A stretch of DNA of 64,000 bases from Octopus vulgaris (Eukaryota): contig OX597817.1 in NCBI GenBank assembly GCA_951406725.2, positions 91,946,001 to 92,010,000 on the forward strand. Direction: 5' to 3'. A program made the position numbers and the translations under genes. The notes below the pieces were generated by a model. It saw nothing but the letters and a program-made list of their open reading frames with translations, searched no databases and had not been told where the DNA came from. Below are positions 24,811-37,904 of the stretch, piece after piece (the stretch's first letter is position 1; every line of letters begins with the position of its first letter).

Positions 24811-26658
24811 CTTTTATTCAGGCACAGGAGAGGCCATGTGGTGAAAAGCTTCTTAACCACATGGTTTCAGGTTCAATCCGACTGCATGGCACCTTGGGTA
24901 AGTGTCTTCTACTATAGCCTTGGGCCAACCAAAGCCTTGTGAATAGATTTGTTTATGTCCTCATTACTTAGCAGCTCAGCATAAGATCCATTAGAATAAG
25001 TACTAAGCTTAAGAAATAACAAAAAGAAAAAAGTATTGGAGTCAATTCATTCAACTAAAATTCTACAAGGCAGTGACCCAGCATGGCCACAGCCTAATGA
25101 CAGAAACAAGTAAAAGAATAAAAGATTTATGGTAATTAATATTGTAGTTTTAAGCAGTTACTGAGGTGGCTTAGGAAAGAGATGAAGATTTTTTTTTTCC
25201 TTAACATTTAATATATTTATAGAAAAGAAATGAATTCAAATGATGATAGATTCCATATCATAGGGAACGTTTTGGGCTTTTAAACTGAAGTTATGTTCAG
25301 CAAGAGAAGTAGAGTTCTTTAGAGTATCTTTAGAAAATCGATGGCAATGTGCATAAGATCTTTGTTTGAAGCTAGAAGTGGAACCAATATAGAATTTAGA
25401 AGAATTATGGGTTTAACAGTACATTAAAATATCTACAATATTAGATTTGCAATGACCATTAAGTAGGCCAGATTCTTTCACATTCTTTCTTTACATAAAT
25501 TTTTATCATGGAAAAATTCCTAGAGGCAGGTAGAGAATTGTTAGCATTGATATTTGAAAAAAATTTATTATTACTGTCAATTTTCATTCTTACTACTCTG
25601 TAGTCAATACAAGTATCATCCATGCTGCATCAATCGTTTTGATAGTTAGTGGTACTGTTCTTTATGTATTTCAGCTATTAGACTGTGGCCATACTGGAGC
25701 ATCACCTTGAGAAACTTTTAGTTGAATGAATCAACCCCAGTACTTTTTTCTGTTTATTCTATCAATCTCTTTTTGCCAAAGTACTAAGTTACAAGGATGT
25801 AAACAAGCCAACAGCAGTTGTCAAATGGGGGTAGAGGACAAACACAGATACAAAGACACCACCCCGCACAAACACACATATACAATGGGCTTCTTTCAGT
25901 TTCCCTCTACAAAATCCACTCTCAAGGCTTTGGTCATCCAGAGGCTGTAGTAGAAGACACTTATCCAAGGTGCCACACAGTGGAACTGAAACTGAGACCA
26001 TGCAGTTGGGAAGCAAGTTTCTTACCACACAGCTATGCCTGCACCTACCAATATTGCCAATATTATCTTTATTACAGCCTTGGCTACAACAGACAGTTAT
26101 TGTTGTTGTTGTTGTTGTTGTTGAGTGGGAGAGCAGTGTATGCCACCAAAGTGGCACTGGGGTACAAACATTCGAAGCCCAGTATACCCATCATGACTAC
26201 CCATCTGATAAGGGTACACTAGGCACATGCATCACAACCATATGTACATAACATGGTGATCTCATATCAAGATAAACAGCACATGACATTGCAGGTGTGT
26301 CCCAGTTAGAATTTTCTTCAGGTTGAGTCGCCCATCCCTCTTAAAAGGTCCCTGAATAAAGTTTGTTTAAGGATGATGAATGAAACACCCATGTTTCCAG
26401 AGGTGAATTATTCAAACGCCAAAGAATTCCTCTAAACACATGACTATGATGCTCCCCAACTACTTCTGCTCATGATCAGAGATGCACATATAATCAACCA
26501 CTAAGGGACATGCTCAACTGGTTACGGTCGAGCAACGGACAAGCAAATCTGTGGTATTGAGTAGAATATTTGCTGTAGCTCATCTTTCATACCAAGATAA
26601 AACATATACATGATAAGTAAAAGTCATAAGAGCCAGTACCTGATACTGCATCTGGGCA

Positions 26659-26701
<43 letters not shown>

Positions 26702-26899
26702 GGTGGCAAGCTGAGAGAATCATTAGCATGCTGGGCCAAAAGCTTAGCAGCAGTTCGTTCACCCTTATGCTCTGAGTTCAAATTCTTCCAAGGTCAATTT
26801 TGCTTTTCATCCTTTTAACATAAGTTCTGGTTGAGGACTGGGATTGATGTAATTGACTAGCTCCACCAAAAACATTTCAGACCTTTACTCAGAATTAGT

Positions 26900-28755
26900 C
26901 TTATTCCTGGTAAAGTTTACAACGACAGTGAGTTACTATCTGTAATCTTAGATATCCATATCCACATGATTTCAATATGCCATCAAGTGCTCAAAGCCCT
27001 TCTCATGATCTTTCCTTTTCCTAAGGAACAAACCTCATTGTTTTACTTATCTATTTACACAGAATCATGTCATAAGCTTTTTTATAATCCAACCTTGCCA
27101 CATTCAGTCCTGTCGGTTTATGTCATAAATTTCTAATTACCATTTTATCAACCAACAACTGATCTTTAGTTGCACTACTTCACCTCCTGCAGCCCTTTTG
27201 TTCCACTGGAAGTAAATTGTTACTTTCCAGATGATGATAAAACTTTTCTGCCAAGACACTGGCTATAAGCTTCCATGTAAGTGGCAAAGAGGTTGTAGAA
27301 TGACCGTGCGAAAGGAGAGGTGACGAATGAATGACTCCTTTAAACACCGCACGGTTGCCTTACAATAAAAGCCAAAATATGGATAAATGAATAAGAGTGC
27401 CAGAATGAATAAGGAGACGACACAACCGTAGAATTTTTAGAGAAAGGTTTTATTTAGATGTTAACATGTGGGTAGCAGAGTGTGTACGTGTATGCATCAG
27501 AAGTACATATATAATAAGAACAATGATAATAGACAGGCCGCCATGCATACAATAACGTGTATGTGTGTACAAACAAGGGCGTATGCGTGTGAGATAAGAT
27601 ACAGAGCATAGAAAAGGTCAATCAGGATGCTAGAAGTTCAGACACAATGAAGTGTGAGATAAATACCAGTTCGTAGTAATGAATGCAATAGTAGAAGTTC
27701 TGTCATTGGAACTGGCTGTGTCGCTGGGTGCTCTGTAGTCAGAAGTTAGTCCTTAGAAGGACTAGAACCAAAGATGACATAGGGTGAATCACTGAAGCTT
27801 TTATAGCAAATTATCAGCTCCAGCAGAGAATTTAGAAGACTGTCACAAGACCTTATCAGAAGGTTGCGATTGGCTGGGATGCACAGTGGTGTGTAATACA
27901 CCAAGAAGCAAGTTGCGCCAACACCAACCAGTCAGAATAGTGGACACAACAGGGCCTAATCGGCCGAAGGTTAGCTGTTATTTGCTACGTCCGTATTTAT
28001 GTTATATATGTCAGAGAGAGAGGATTTCATTAAGGGTATGCTACAAGGTTATGAGTTAAATTGACACCAATTTACCTTTCAAGGATCCACTTGTCATCCA
28101 AGTAAGAACATATTTTTACTGCAGGCATTCATCAAGGTGTGCTGTGATCAATTCATGTAGCTGTTAAAAATAATTCAGCCAATAACTGTGTATCCCATCC
28201 AGGCCTGGTTCTTCTAATTTGGTACTTTTTTCAGCTTCAATTTCATTGAGAACAGATATTAATCTGACATCCTTTTGTTTCTGCACATTAGCAAGTTTTC
28301 TTTCCACTTGTGTTGGCCACTTTTCTCTTTCATTAAATATCACTGACTTGTTCCAAGGTTCTCCCCAAAATGCTTTACTTTCTTCCACACCAGGAATTAC
28401 TTCTGGATGTTATTCCAGAACTATTTCCTTAAAAAGCTGTCTTCTATTCAATGAGAACAATCTATTCTGTTCAAAACCTTTGCATCAAGTATCATATCTT
28501 TTCAATTTGGCCTTAATGCTACCACTCTTTGAGACAATTCTTCATGCACTTCTCTTCCAACTCGTACTGTCCGTTCAATTTTCTGAATAGTTCCTCATTA
28601 TCGTATTTAATTGTCTCAGTTCTTTCTGTGTCTTCTCCAACTTCATTTGTATTCTCTTCTTCCAGTTTGGCTTTTTCTTTTCCTTTCTTTCTTTCAACTG
28701 TCTTCTGCTTATATTCTATTATCTCAGTTACAACATTAACAGTGGCTATCATTAC
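26900..28755 (-). mobile_element. R4/Dong-like LINE fragment (N-terminal region and RT)
   Basis: PGLDGIHSYWL, SLPLTWKL, EQKGCRR and WLDYKKAYDM on the minus strand. Interrupted by a solo LTR. Confidence 0.75.
27294..28045 (-). mobile_element. Solo LTR
   Basis: TGTAG...CTACA termini with a 4-bp TSD AGGT/AGGT. TATAAA and AATAAA lie on the minus strand. Related to 29912-30951. Confidence 0.85.
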
Positions 28756-29009
28756 TTAGTTTGTTTCAAGGTGGCGAACTGGCATAATCATTAGCATACC
28801 AGACAAAACGCCCAGTAGCATTTCATCTGTCTGTATGTGCAGTGATAAAATTTGGCCAAGATCAACTTTGTCTTTCATCCTTCTGGAGTCAATAAAATAA
28901 GTACCAGTTGAGCAATGGGGTTGATGCAATTGACTTAACCCCTCCCCTGAAATTGCTGGCCTTGTGTAAAAATTTGAAATCATCATCATCATTATTATTA
29001 TTATTATAT

Positions 29010-31110
29010 GAAAACTCACAGCTTATTTGGAAAATGTCAGCTGTCCACAACCAGCTAACGTGACACTTGTTTACCAGTCTACTTCAAGAACCTTGTGAAG
29101 AATTCTTGCAGTTCTAAGCAATGCTGATTTTCGTAGGTGTTCAACCTTCATACCTGCACCGACCTTTTTCAGCCATGTTGGTAGTTGAGTGCTGATACTT
29201 CCAAGTGCACCAATTACTATTGGTATCATGTCTAATCTCTTCATTAACCACGACCTTTGTATTCCCCACTTTAGATCATCATAGTTGTTTATTTTTTCTT
29301 CTTTCACATTGAACCTGTTTCACCAGGGCATGCTAAGTTGATTATCATACATGTTCTTACTTTTTTATTCACCACAACAATGTCCGGTTTCCTATGTCTG
29401 GTCAGGTGTCACACTGGATCATTACATTCCACAGGATTTTGCAGTTCTCATTTTTGGTGAGTCCTTCTGGAGTTTGTTCATACCATGCCTTGGCTCTTTG
29501 TAGGCTGTGATTTCCACAGAGCTCCCAATGGATCATTCTTGCCACATTGCTATGGTGTCATTTGTATTCACGTTGTGCCAGTTTTGGGCATTTGATAACA
29601 ATGTGCCATACCGTTTCACCCCTCTTACCATACATTCTGCATTTGCCGCTATCGGTAGTGTTGTCAATTCTGCACTTCATATAATTGGTCCTTAAGGCTT
29701 GTTCCTGAGCTGTGCATATGAGTGCTTCTGTCTCCATCTTTAGGTCACTCCTCCTCATCCATAGCCACCGGTCCACTGTAACTGTCTTGGTGTTCACATC
29801 TCTTGCAAACTGACCATACATTTTTTCTTCCATGCTTTTTCTCCTTTTTTTTGTTCATTTCTTGTTTAAATTTTTTTTTAGTTACACAATTTTCGATTTT
29901 GATGATGCCGGTGTAGTGAACGACCATACGCAAAGGAGTTGGTAACAGAAATGTCTCCTTTTAAAACATTGCACAGTCGTTCTTATAAAAGAATAAGCCA
30001 AATACATGGCATATTGAATAAAGAGTGCCAGTAAAGAATAAGGAGAGAAACACAACCGTTCTACTGTTTGAGAGAGAAAGACTTTATTTACAGAGGTGTA
30101 CAATGAGTGTGTATAATGCTAGGAGAGTGGAGTGTCAGAATGCATGCAACAAGTGTGTCTGTGTGTCCGTTGTAAGTACAACAACGATGTGTGCAACAAG
30201 TGTGTTGTGTTTGTGGGTTCATGTGTGTTATATGAGTGAAATAACAATACAGAGCAAAGAAAGAATGTCCAGACACAAGATGGAGAATAATTTACCAGTT
30301 CATACAGGTACACAATAGCAGTGGTTCTGTATCAATGAAGTCGGTGGCAAAGAGGAAATCGGTTACTACACGTGTAGAAGTTGGTGCTTCAATCCATTGC
30401 CAGGTTACATTGGTAGATCTCACAGGTGTCTGTGTGCTGTTAACCTTGGTGAATATCACAACAGCGTAAAAGTTAACCTGAGCAAGTTGTGTACGTATTG
30501 GTGTTGTTGGAGACAACGTGAAATTGAAGGGCAACAGTAGTGGAAACGTCCTGCTTGATGGTATATGTTGGTGTCGTCGCGGGAACTTGTGCTGGTTGAG
30601 TCGCAGGAACTGGCTGGTCTGGCGTCACTGAAACTGGCTGCTCTATGGGGGTATGGTCAATGGCCGAAGACCAAAGACAAGAAATAGTGATTTGCTGGCA
30701 CCTTATAAAGCAAAAGGGAGGCTCAAATTGGATTGTGAACAATCTGTCTCACATGATATTATTGGAAGGTTCTGATTGGTTGGTTTACTCATTGGCATGA
30801 AATAAGTCGAGAGACAAACTGCACCGATGCCAACCAATCAGAGTAGTGGACACAACAGGGTCCAAATAGCAGCCAAAAGTTAACTGTTATCTGCTACGAC
30901 GTTATTTGTACTGCATATCTCAGAGCGCGGATGCATTCCACCAATGCTACACTGGCCTTCTTCATGTGTTTCAATAGTGGCTCCGCAGCATTTTTAATAT
31001 ATCACCCTAGGCTGTTTTCGTCTGTTCCAATACAGTCCTTATAACTGATCAAACCTCTCCCACCTTTTCTTCTGGACAAGTACAGCCTATCAGTGTCACT
31101 CTTAGGGTGG
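29010..31110 (-). mobile_element. R4/Dong-like LINE 3' part (zinc knuckle and restriction-like endonuclease)
   Basis: ETEALICTAQEQALRT, CRM..KRGETVWHIVIKC, KPDIVVV, IPIVIGALG and KSALLRTARIL. The 3' end abuts (TAA)n. Confidence 0.85.
29912..30951 (-). mobile_element. Solo LTR (longer relative of 27294-28045)
   Basis: TGTAG...CTACA termini with TSD CCGG/CTGG. It shares ends with the first solo LTR and has an extra internal segment. Confidence 0.8.
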
Positions 31111-31239
31111 AAGGCTCCATGTACTACTCAATGGTTAAGGTCAAGCAACTAACAAGCAAATCTGTGGTACTGATCAGAATATTTGTTGTAGACCCATTCA
31201 ACATTTGATAGTTTTAGGCAAATTTCTACTGCATCATCT

Positions 31240-31890
31240 ACTGCACATCCATGTTGCTGAGATGTGTGCAACATAGTGCATTCTTGCTTTTGTTGGTGTT
31301 GGGTGAGTACAAACACTTCCTGGTACTGTGTTGCATTAGTTTGTTTTGTTATGGGGTTTGGCTTGAGTCTGTTATATTAATGTTGCATGTGTAATGTAAG
31401 TTGTATTCTTCTGTTGGCTATCTGACCTGTAAAGTATATGTTGTGGGGGTTGTTTATTTTATTGAATATTTGCAGTATAGAAAGTATCTTGTGTTTGTGG
31501 GTTGTTTTATTTGGGTTGTGCTATTGAATTGATAATGTCTTGAATAGAATGTGGGCTGTTCCTAGTAGATAGTGTGTAGTGTTAAGGGTCGAGGTATGGC
31601 TTCTACATTTTATTCATTTTTTTTTATCATACCCAATGTTCCAATTATTACTGGTATTGCTTTTACCTTCATACCCCATATTGTGAATATTTTGACAGTT
31701 TCTCCACTTCTTTTTGCAAACAACTTCAAATTGTCCATGTGAAATAAATGGTTTATGATCTTGTTAATTTTTTAACAATATACAGTGTTGTTCAATTCAT
31801 TTGAGAGTGGGGTTAGTGCCATGAAAAAAAGTAATGGGAAGAGAGAGCCACCTTGAAAGATGTCTCTTTTGCAGGTGGTATTCTGATCAT
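31240..31890 (-). mobile_element. Further decayed R4/Dong-like LINE pieces
   Basis: IFQGGSLFPLLFFMALTPL at about 31810-31870 and WGMKVKAIPVIIGTLG at about 31630-31680. Confidence 0.6.
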
Positions 31891-31939
31891 GATTTACAGT
31901 ATATAATTATTATTTGAAGTGGACCTAATAGATTTTGTC

Positions 31940-32600
31940 AAGAAGAGTTTAACATTACTTGTCTATTCAGAGGAATTCCTGTTTTTATAGAAAAAGATGA
32001 TGAGCAATTATATTTATCTCTGTTAGTAGGTAAATTCAACATTCCATTTTCATTTTTAGTGTGATTATAATCATATTGCCTTTTATCGTTTTTCATAGAA
32101 AAATATTTATTTATATGCTAATAGTTTTTAATCTTATTAGAAGTATTAATATAGCTAAGATAATTAATTTGATTAAGTTTCAAGTTTAGTAATATATATA
32201 TATATTTCATTTTTTCATCTAAAGCATATTGAATTATCATTAAAGATTTTTCATTAGGCAAAGATTGGAAATTCTAATTGTTATATTCTTAACTAAATTA
32301 TTTATTATGGATCTAAGATTATTGGATATTTCATTTATATAATGTTGAGTTATTTTGATTTATGTAAAGGATCATAAAACCAGAATTAAAATTAAGGATC
32401 ACATCAAGAGAATTTACAATTTTAGTACCCTTCTCAAAGGTAACAGATGAAATATAATTTTTAAAAGATTTATGTAGGGATTTGCATAAATCGTTCTGAT
32501 TAAGATAGAGAATAATAACTGGTAGTAAAGAGGGATTCATCATGATACAGACCAACCACAAGTTTTGGAAAGTTTCGATGCAATTCAAACGAGATAAATA
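31940..32600 (-). pseudogene. Decayed Penelope-like reverse transcriptase
   Basis: GLYHDES (compare GLYRDDG), KIVNSLDVILN (compare VNFLDVTL) and NNSTLY...SIINNLVKNITIRIS (PLE thumb-like). Confidence 0.6.
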
Positions 32601-33274
32601 ATCTTAGTACATCAGTTATGTAATTACTTAATTACTTAGCTCCTTGATTATGTAATAAATAAAAGAATTAATTATGTTTATTTTTAATGAAACAGATGTT
32701 GCAAGTTATTAAATTCTGATATATCTGAGATTTACATTTCTCTGCAATTTATTCTCTCACTCTCTCTCATTCTATTTACACACACACACACACACACATA
32801 CAAAGATGCATAATTAAAATAAGTGTTGTTATATGCATAGATAAAGTGCTGTTATATGCATAGAAATAGTAACAGAATGAAGGCCTCAGTAAATGTACAT
32901 GAACCAATATATATGAATACATGTATGCATGTTTGTGTGTGTACACATGTGAATATTTTTCACTGATGTATTTTAAGAATTTGGCAAAATAGCCAATCAA
33001 TCAGTCCTTCTGAGCAAAAATGATTTGTGGTATTTGTTCCACCTGAATTGTACAACCACTCAACATTCAGTTGTTGCTTTTACCTTTGTAAAAAAGCGAT
33101 TAGCTTGTTTGAACCCTATTGATCCTATTGTTCACAAAATATTATAAAATAATCAAATAAAAAGAGAACAAATATACTGGCTCATTCCACCCAGTTATGA
33201 TTTGGTATCACAATGATATGTGTGTGTTTATGTATTTATATGTATACATATACATACTTATATATATGTATACA

Positions 33275-33755
33275 TCATCATCATTGTTTGACCGTGGTCG
33301 AGACAATGGAATTTACCATGCTACGCCAGACTTCACTGTCCATCATAGCATTACGGAGGTCCTGTTGCTGGATGCCTGTATCCCTGAAGATTACATCAGG
33401 GTAGGAGAGTGTGTGCCCTCTGGTATTATGAGTAGATGGCTTCCAGAGAAGAGTAGAAATTGCCTCGTTTTCAGCTCTACAATGATGTCCAGCAAACTGG
33501 ACTCTCCTACCTTTCACAAGAGATGACACAGGTGGTAGTTTCCCATATATTTGCATTTTTGTTGGATGACGCTTCTACGAGAGATTTTGAGCTCTCATAA
33601 GGAGGCGAGTGTAGGTTCCATCCAACTGCCTCTCAAGCTTCTTTGATAACGTCCAGGTTTCTGAGCCATATAGTAGAATTGGTTCGACTGTGGCTTTGAA
33701 GATTTCAAGTTTGAAGTCTCTACTTAGATTTGATGACCAGATCTTATGCATGTCA
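33275..33755 (-). mobile_element. RTE-like LINE 3' fragment
   Basis: ATVEPILLYGSETWTL, RRVQFAGH and an (ATG)n tail. Confidence 0.75.
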
Positions 33756-33777
33756 TTACATTCATATGTATACATAC

Positions 33778-33818
<41 letters not shown>

Positions 33819-34975
33819 TATATATATGAACATGTATATATATATGTATATGTATATATACATGTGTACATGTATATATACATATATACAGGAGTGGCTG
33901 TGAGATAAGTAGCTTGCTTACCAACCACATGGTTCCAGGTTCAGTCTCACTGCTTGGCACTTTGGGCAAGTGTCTTCTAATATTGCGTCAGGTCAACTAA
34001 AGCCTTGTGAGTGGATTTGGTAGACAGAAACTGAAAGAAGCTCATCATATATATATGTGTGTGTGTGTGTGTGTTGGTGTTTTTATGTGCCTGCAACTTA
34101 GCAGTTCAGCAAAAGATACCGATAGAATAAGTACTAGGATTACAGAGAATAAGTACTGGGGTCGATTTGCTCGACTAAAGGCAGTGCTCCAGTATGACTG
34201 AAACAATTAAAAGAATAAAAGAATATATATATATATATGTATTTTTATATTTTATTGAATTAGAAAACAGAGGTCAAATAGATACAAATTAATTTCTTAA
34301 TTTCTTAACATATATACGTATATATATATATATATGTGTGTGTATGTATGTATATATGTGTGTGTGTGTGTGTGTATGGAAGTGTGCATATGTGTATGTG
34401 TGTGTGTGTGCGTGTGTATATATATATATATATATATATACGTATATAGTGAGAGAAGTGAACAGAGAGATGGAGATGTTTGTATAAAATTTATCTTTAT
34501 CAGTATCAACATTGTGGAATTGAGAAATAATTCAATAGCTGTATAATGTCTTAATTAATTAAGTGCACAAAATAATTTGTGGCATATCTAAAAGCATGAC
34601 TAAGAGTTGTAACAACAAGATCCTGATAGTACAATTGCTTGCATGCAATTATGTTATTTCAGCATAAACAATCCCCAGAGCTCATCTAAGCTTTTAATTT
34701 TTTCATTTGCATCTCACAAGAACATAGTGCTTAAATCATTACAAATTATTTAAAGTAGATGTTACAGGGTTACTTTGCAGTGCAGAGTTCAATATTTCTC
34801 ATGAGCAGTATTAAGTATAATAAATTTGAGCCCTGCTCAAATGTTGGTAGGAGAAACATTTGTCTCTCAAGTTCATACAGATGTTAAAACTGGAGATATA
34901 CACTGACTTCAAAGATCTTTTTGATCTCTACCTAACAACAATATTTTGAAGTATGACTCAAGCTGCTGGAAGTGG

Positions 34976-35008
<33 letters not shown>

Positions 35009-35039
35009 GTGTATGAATATGAAAAAATTCTCAAACATT

Positions 35040-35205
35040 GGATGGCTATGAAGATAGCTTAGATAATTGGGCAAATACAATTTTCAAAGACAGAAAAAAG
35101 TGGCCAGTAAGACTTTGATTTTCTGTAGAGGTTTTCTGGCCACTTTTTTTCCCTTCTTTTAAAAGGATATTTACCAAATTTTCTAAGCTGTCTTCACAGT
35201 CATCC
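35040..35205. repeat. Imperfect inverted repeat (fold-back, MITE-like), arms about 70 bp
   Basis: GGATGGCTATGAAGATAGCTTAGATAATT...AAAAAAGTGGCCAG pairs with CTGGCCACTTTTTT...TCTAAGCTGTCTTCACAGTCATCC. Confidence 0.75.
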
Positions 35206-35976
35206 TGCATTTGGGAGTTCCTTTGCTTTCTGTAGAATTCTGACTCATTTGACACTTGTAAGGTTGTTTATAGAATGTTTCCTTTTATAACATGGTTTCT
35301 GTATATGTCACCTTAGTGTCATGCAGAAATACAGTGTGATATATAGTACCACAGAACAGGGTAGATACCAACTGCCTCCACTTGATGTATTCCCAAATAC
35401 TCTGTCAACAACTGTTACCAATCCAAAACAACTCTTAATGAACTATAACAACTTCTCAACAATTTCTTGCAACTCCACACACTCCAAACAACACCTTTCA
35501 ACTTCCTGGGATTTCTCATCTCTTTCTCTCAGTCAAACACGCTGCTACTTAGTCGATTCTCACAGTGGGTGTCATGATTCTCACTATAACATTCTCACAT
35601 TTCAAAATCTATAATATGAATATATTTCATCATCACCATTCCAACATCCACTTTCCATACTTGGAGGTAATACACTGCAGCAGACTTTCTATGCCCAGAT
35701 TCCCATGTTAGACCAACATCTACCTGTTTCCAAGTATGGTAATATTTCAACTTGTCCAGATATGCTTCCATAGAAGACAGGAAACTAACTTTCTTTCTTC
35801 CTCTTTTTTTAAATTTTTTAATAAGTAAGTGTTCGCAGAGAACTGACTGATGAATATACATTTGCACATATTTAAAATTTTGTACAAGTAATTGATTGCA
35901 ACTGACTTCTATAAGGTGTGTCTATACTTTGTACCTTTGTTGATTGGATAGTTTGAGAACCTACATGTGACCGATT

Positions 35977-37120
35977 ATTGGGTTGGCAAGTAAGTTCCCA
36001 CTGTTTTTTTAAAAGGTTTAAGAAAAAATAACAACTAATCAATCAATAATGTAGTCACCTTTGTTGTTTACAACTTCTTCCCAACATTCAACAAGATTTT
36101 CAATACCTCATTAGTTGAAATCACCCGATTCTGACTCGAAAAATTGATCCAACCAAGCTCTCAATTCTGCATCAGTATTGAACAAAACTCCACACATAGC
36201 ATTTGAAAGAGATCAGAAGAGGTGGAAATTCATTGGTGCCAAATCAGGAGGGTACAGTGAGTGTGGCAGCACTTCCCAGCCATGTGTTTGAATGGCTTCC
36301 TTGGTCATATTGGCGATATGAGGGCAGGCGTTGTCGTGCAGCAGAAGAACTTCATGCAGATGATTAGGTCTTTTCTCTTGAATAGCCATGTTGAGTTGTT
36401 CCATCTGTTGAACACAGAGTTCCGCATTGGTTCCATTCAAGCAATTCATAATGGATAATCCCTTCCCAATCCCACCATATGCACAACACCATTTTACATG
36501 GATGAAGATCTTGTTTCACGCACAGTGTCGCTTGTTTACCAGGGCTAAGCCATTCCTTACACTGCTTCATATTGATGTACAGGCACCATTTTTCGTTGCC
36601 AGTAATGATTCGGTAAAGAAATCATTGCTTGTGTCGATGAGTTGAGCGGTGACGAGCAAGCAAACCAGCAGAGATTGTGGCTCGTTGGTTTTTGTTGTTG
36701 TCACTTAAAGCATGGAGAACCCATGCTCCATACTTTTGAACCTTTCCCATTGAGTGAAGATGCTTCCCTATAGCAGTGTGGGAGCATTCCATTTTCTCTG
36801 CCAGTTCCCTTGTCATTTGACGAGAATTTTCATGCAAAAGTTGGTTTAATCGCTCTTCATCAAACTGGACAGCCAGAATGAGGTGTGTCTTTGAGGTCAA
36901 ACTTTCCATTTTTGAACTTGGCATACCAATCATGAGCAGTTCTTTCAGCCATGTCACCCTCTCAATACACAGCACAAATTTTGCAAGCAGCTTTTGCGGC
37001 CTTAAAACCTTGATTAAAAGCAAAAAGGAGGTATTGAAAATGCTCGTTTCTCTTAACTTGACATTCCATTTTACTGATCTGAAAATAAACAAAAATTAAT
37101 TAAAATTATCTAGAAAAACA
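35977..37120 (-). mobile_element. Mariner transposon (decayed)
   Basis: TATTGGGTTGGCAA terminus, with WVLHAL, LCIWWDWEGII, LLHDNACPH and YPPDLAP..FHLF. Confidence 0.88.
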
Positions 37121-37819
37121 TTGTCTACAACGAAGTGCTATGTATTTGCCAAGGCTGAAGTGGGTACATTATTGTCATGCATGCATATAACGGGGTACAC
37201 TCAAAGACTTTTACTATTTTTCCCATATCAGACTGAAGCATCAGAAAAGGGTGCCTGCCTCTTGACATTCTGTGGGTTTATGGAAGGTGTTCATGTGGTG
37301 CTTCTATCATGGCAAAGAGGTGGTGATTCATGTCAGTTGCACAATAGTGCGAAGAAACAATGTTGTCAAACAGCTGCTACAAACGGACCAGCGAAAGAGC
37401 AGGTTAGGTATCACATACTTGAGGACATTTCTGCTGCCTTCTATATGGTTGATTACCTCAAGTATGTTTATTCATAACACTAAAGTGACCAATTCAATGG
37501 AAAGGATACCAATTTACAAAATTCATGGCAGCTACATGTTACATGAACCTCTTGAAGGTGACATTCCAACTGTTGACCATTAACCTCCTTCAACTGGGAG
37601 CAATCTATTGTTCAACTCGTTCTCTCTCTATACATTTATCTGTATGCTTCATTCTATGGCTTCATTCACAAGTGTATGGTTCTAATCTGCACTGAGCTGC
37701 GGAGTAAGGTGTTAAAATCAGAAGAGCATTGTGCAAACACGGTAGCAGAGGTAGGGCTCAAAAAATTTTCTCAGTTGTAAGGCCTCATCTTTTCACAGTT
37801 GAATGGTAATTTATTAAGA

Positions 37820-37847
37820 CCCATGCAACGCCAGGTACTACTGCTAG
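37820..37847 (+). mobile_element. Helitron-like 3' terminus
   Basis: CCCATGCAACGCCAGG-TACTACTG-CTAG|T resembles the H1 3' end. The 5' end was not identified. Confidence 0.45.
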
Positions 37848-37851
37848 TATA

Positions 37852-37900
<49 letters not shown>

Positions 37901-37904
37901 CTAT

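Noticed and set aside
35046-35255. 69-aa minus-strand ORF as an exon of a divergent gene upstream of ELP2
   Set aside because: It overlaps the fold-back repeat, and I found no consistent splice chain or recognisable domain.
37121-37583. Two overlapping ORFs upstream of a Helitron-like 3' end
   Set aside because: No Rep, helicase or host-protein motif that I can recognise.
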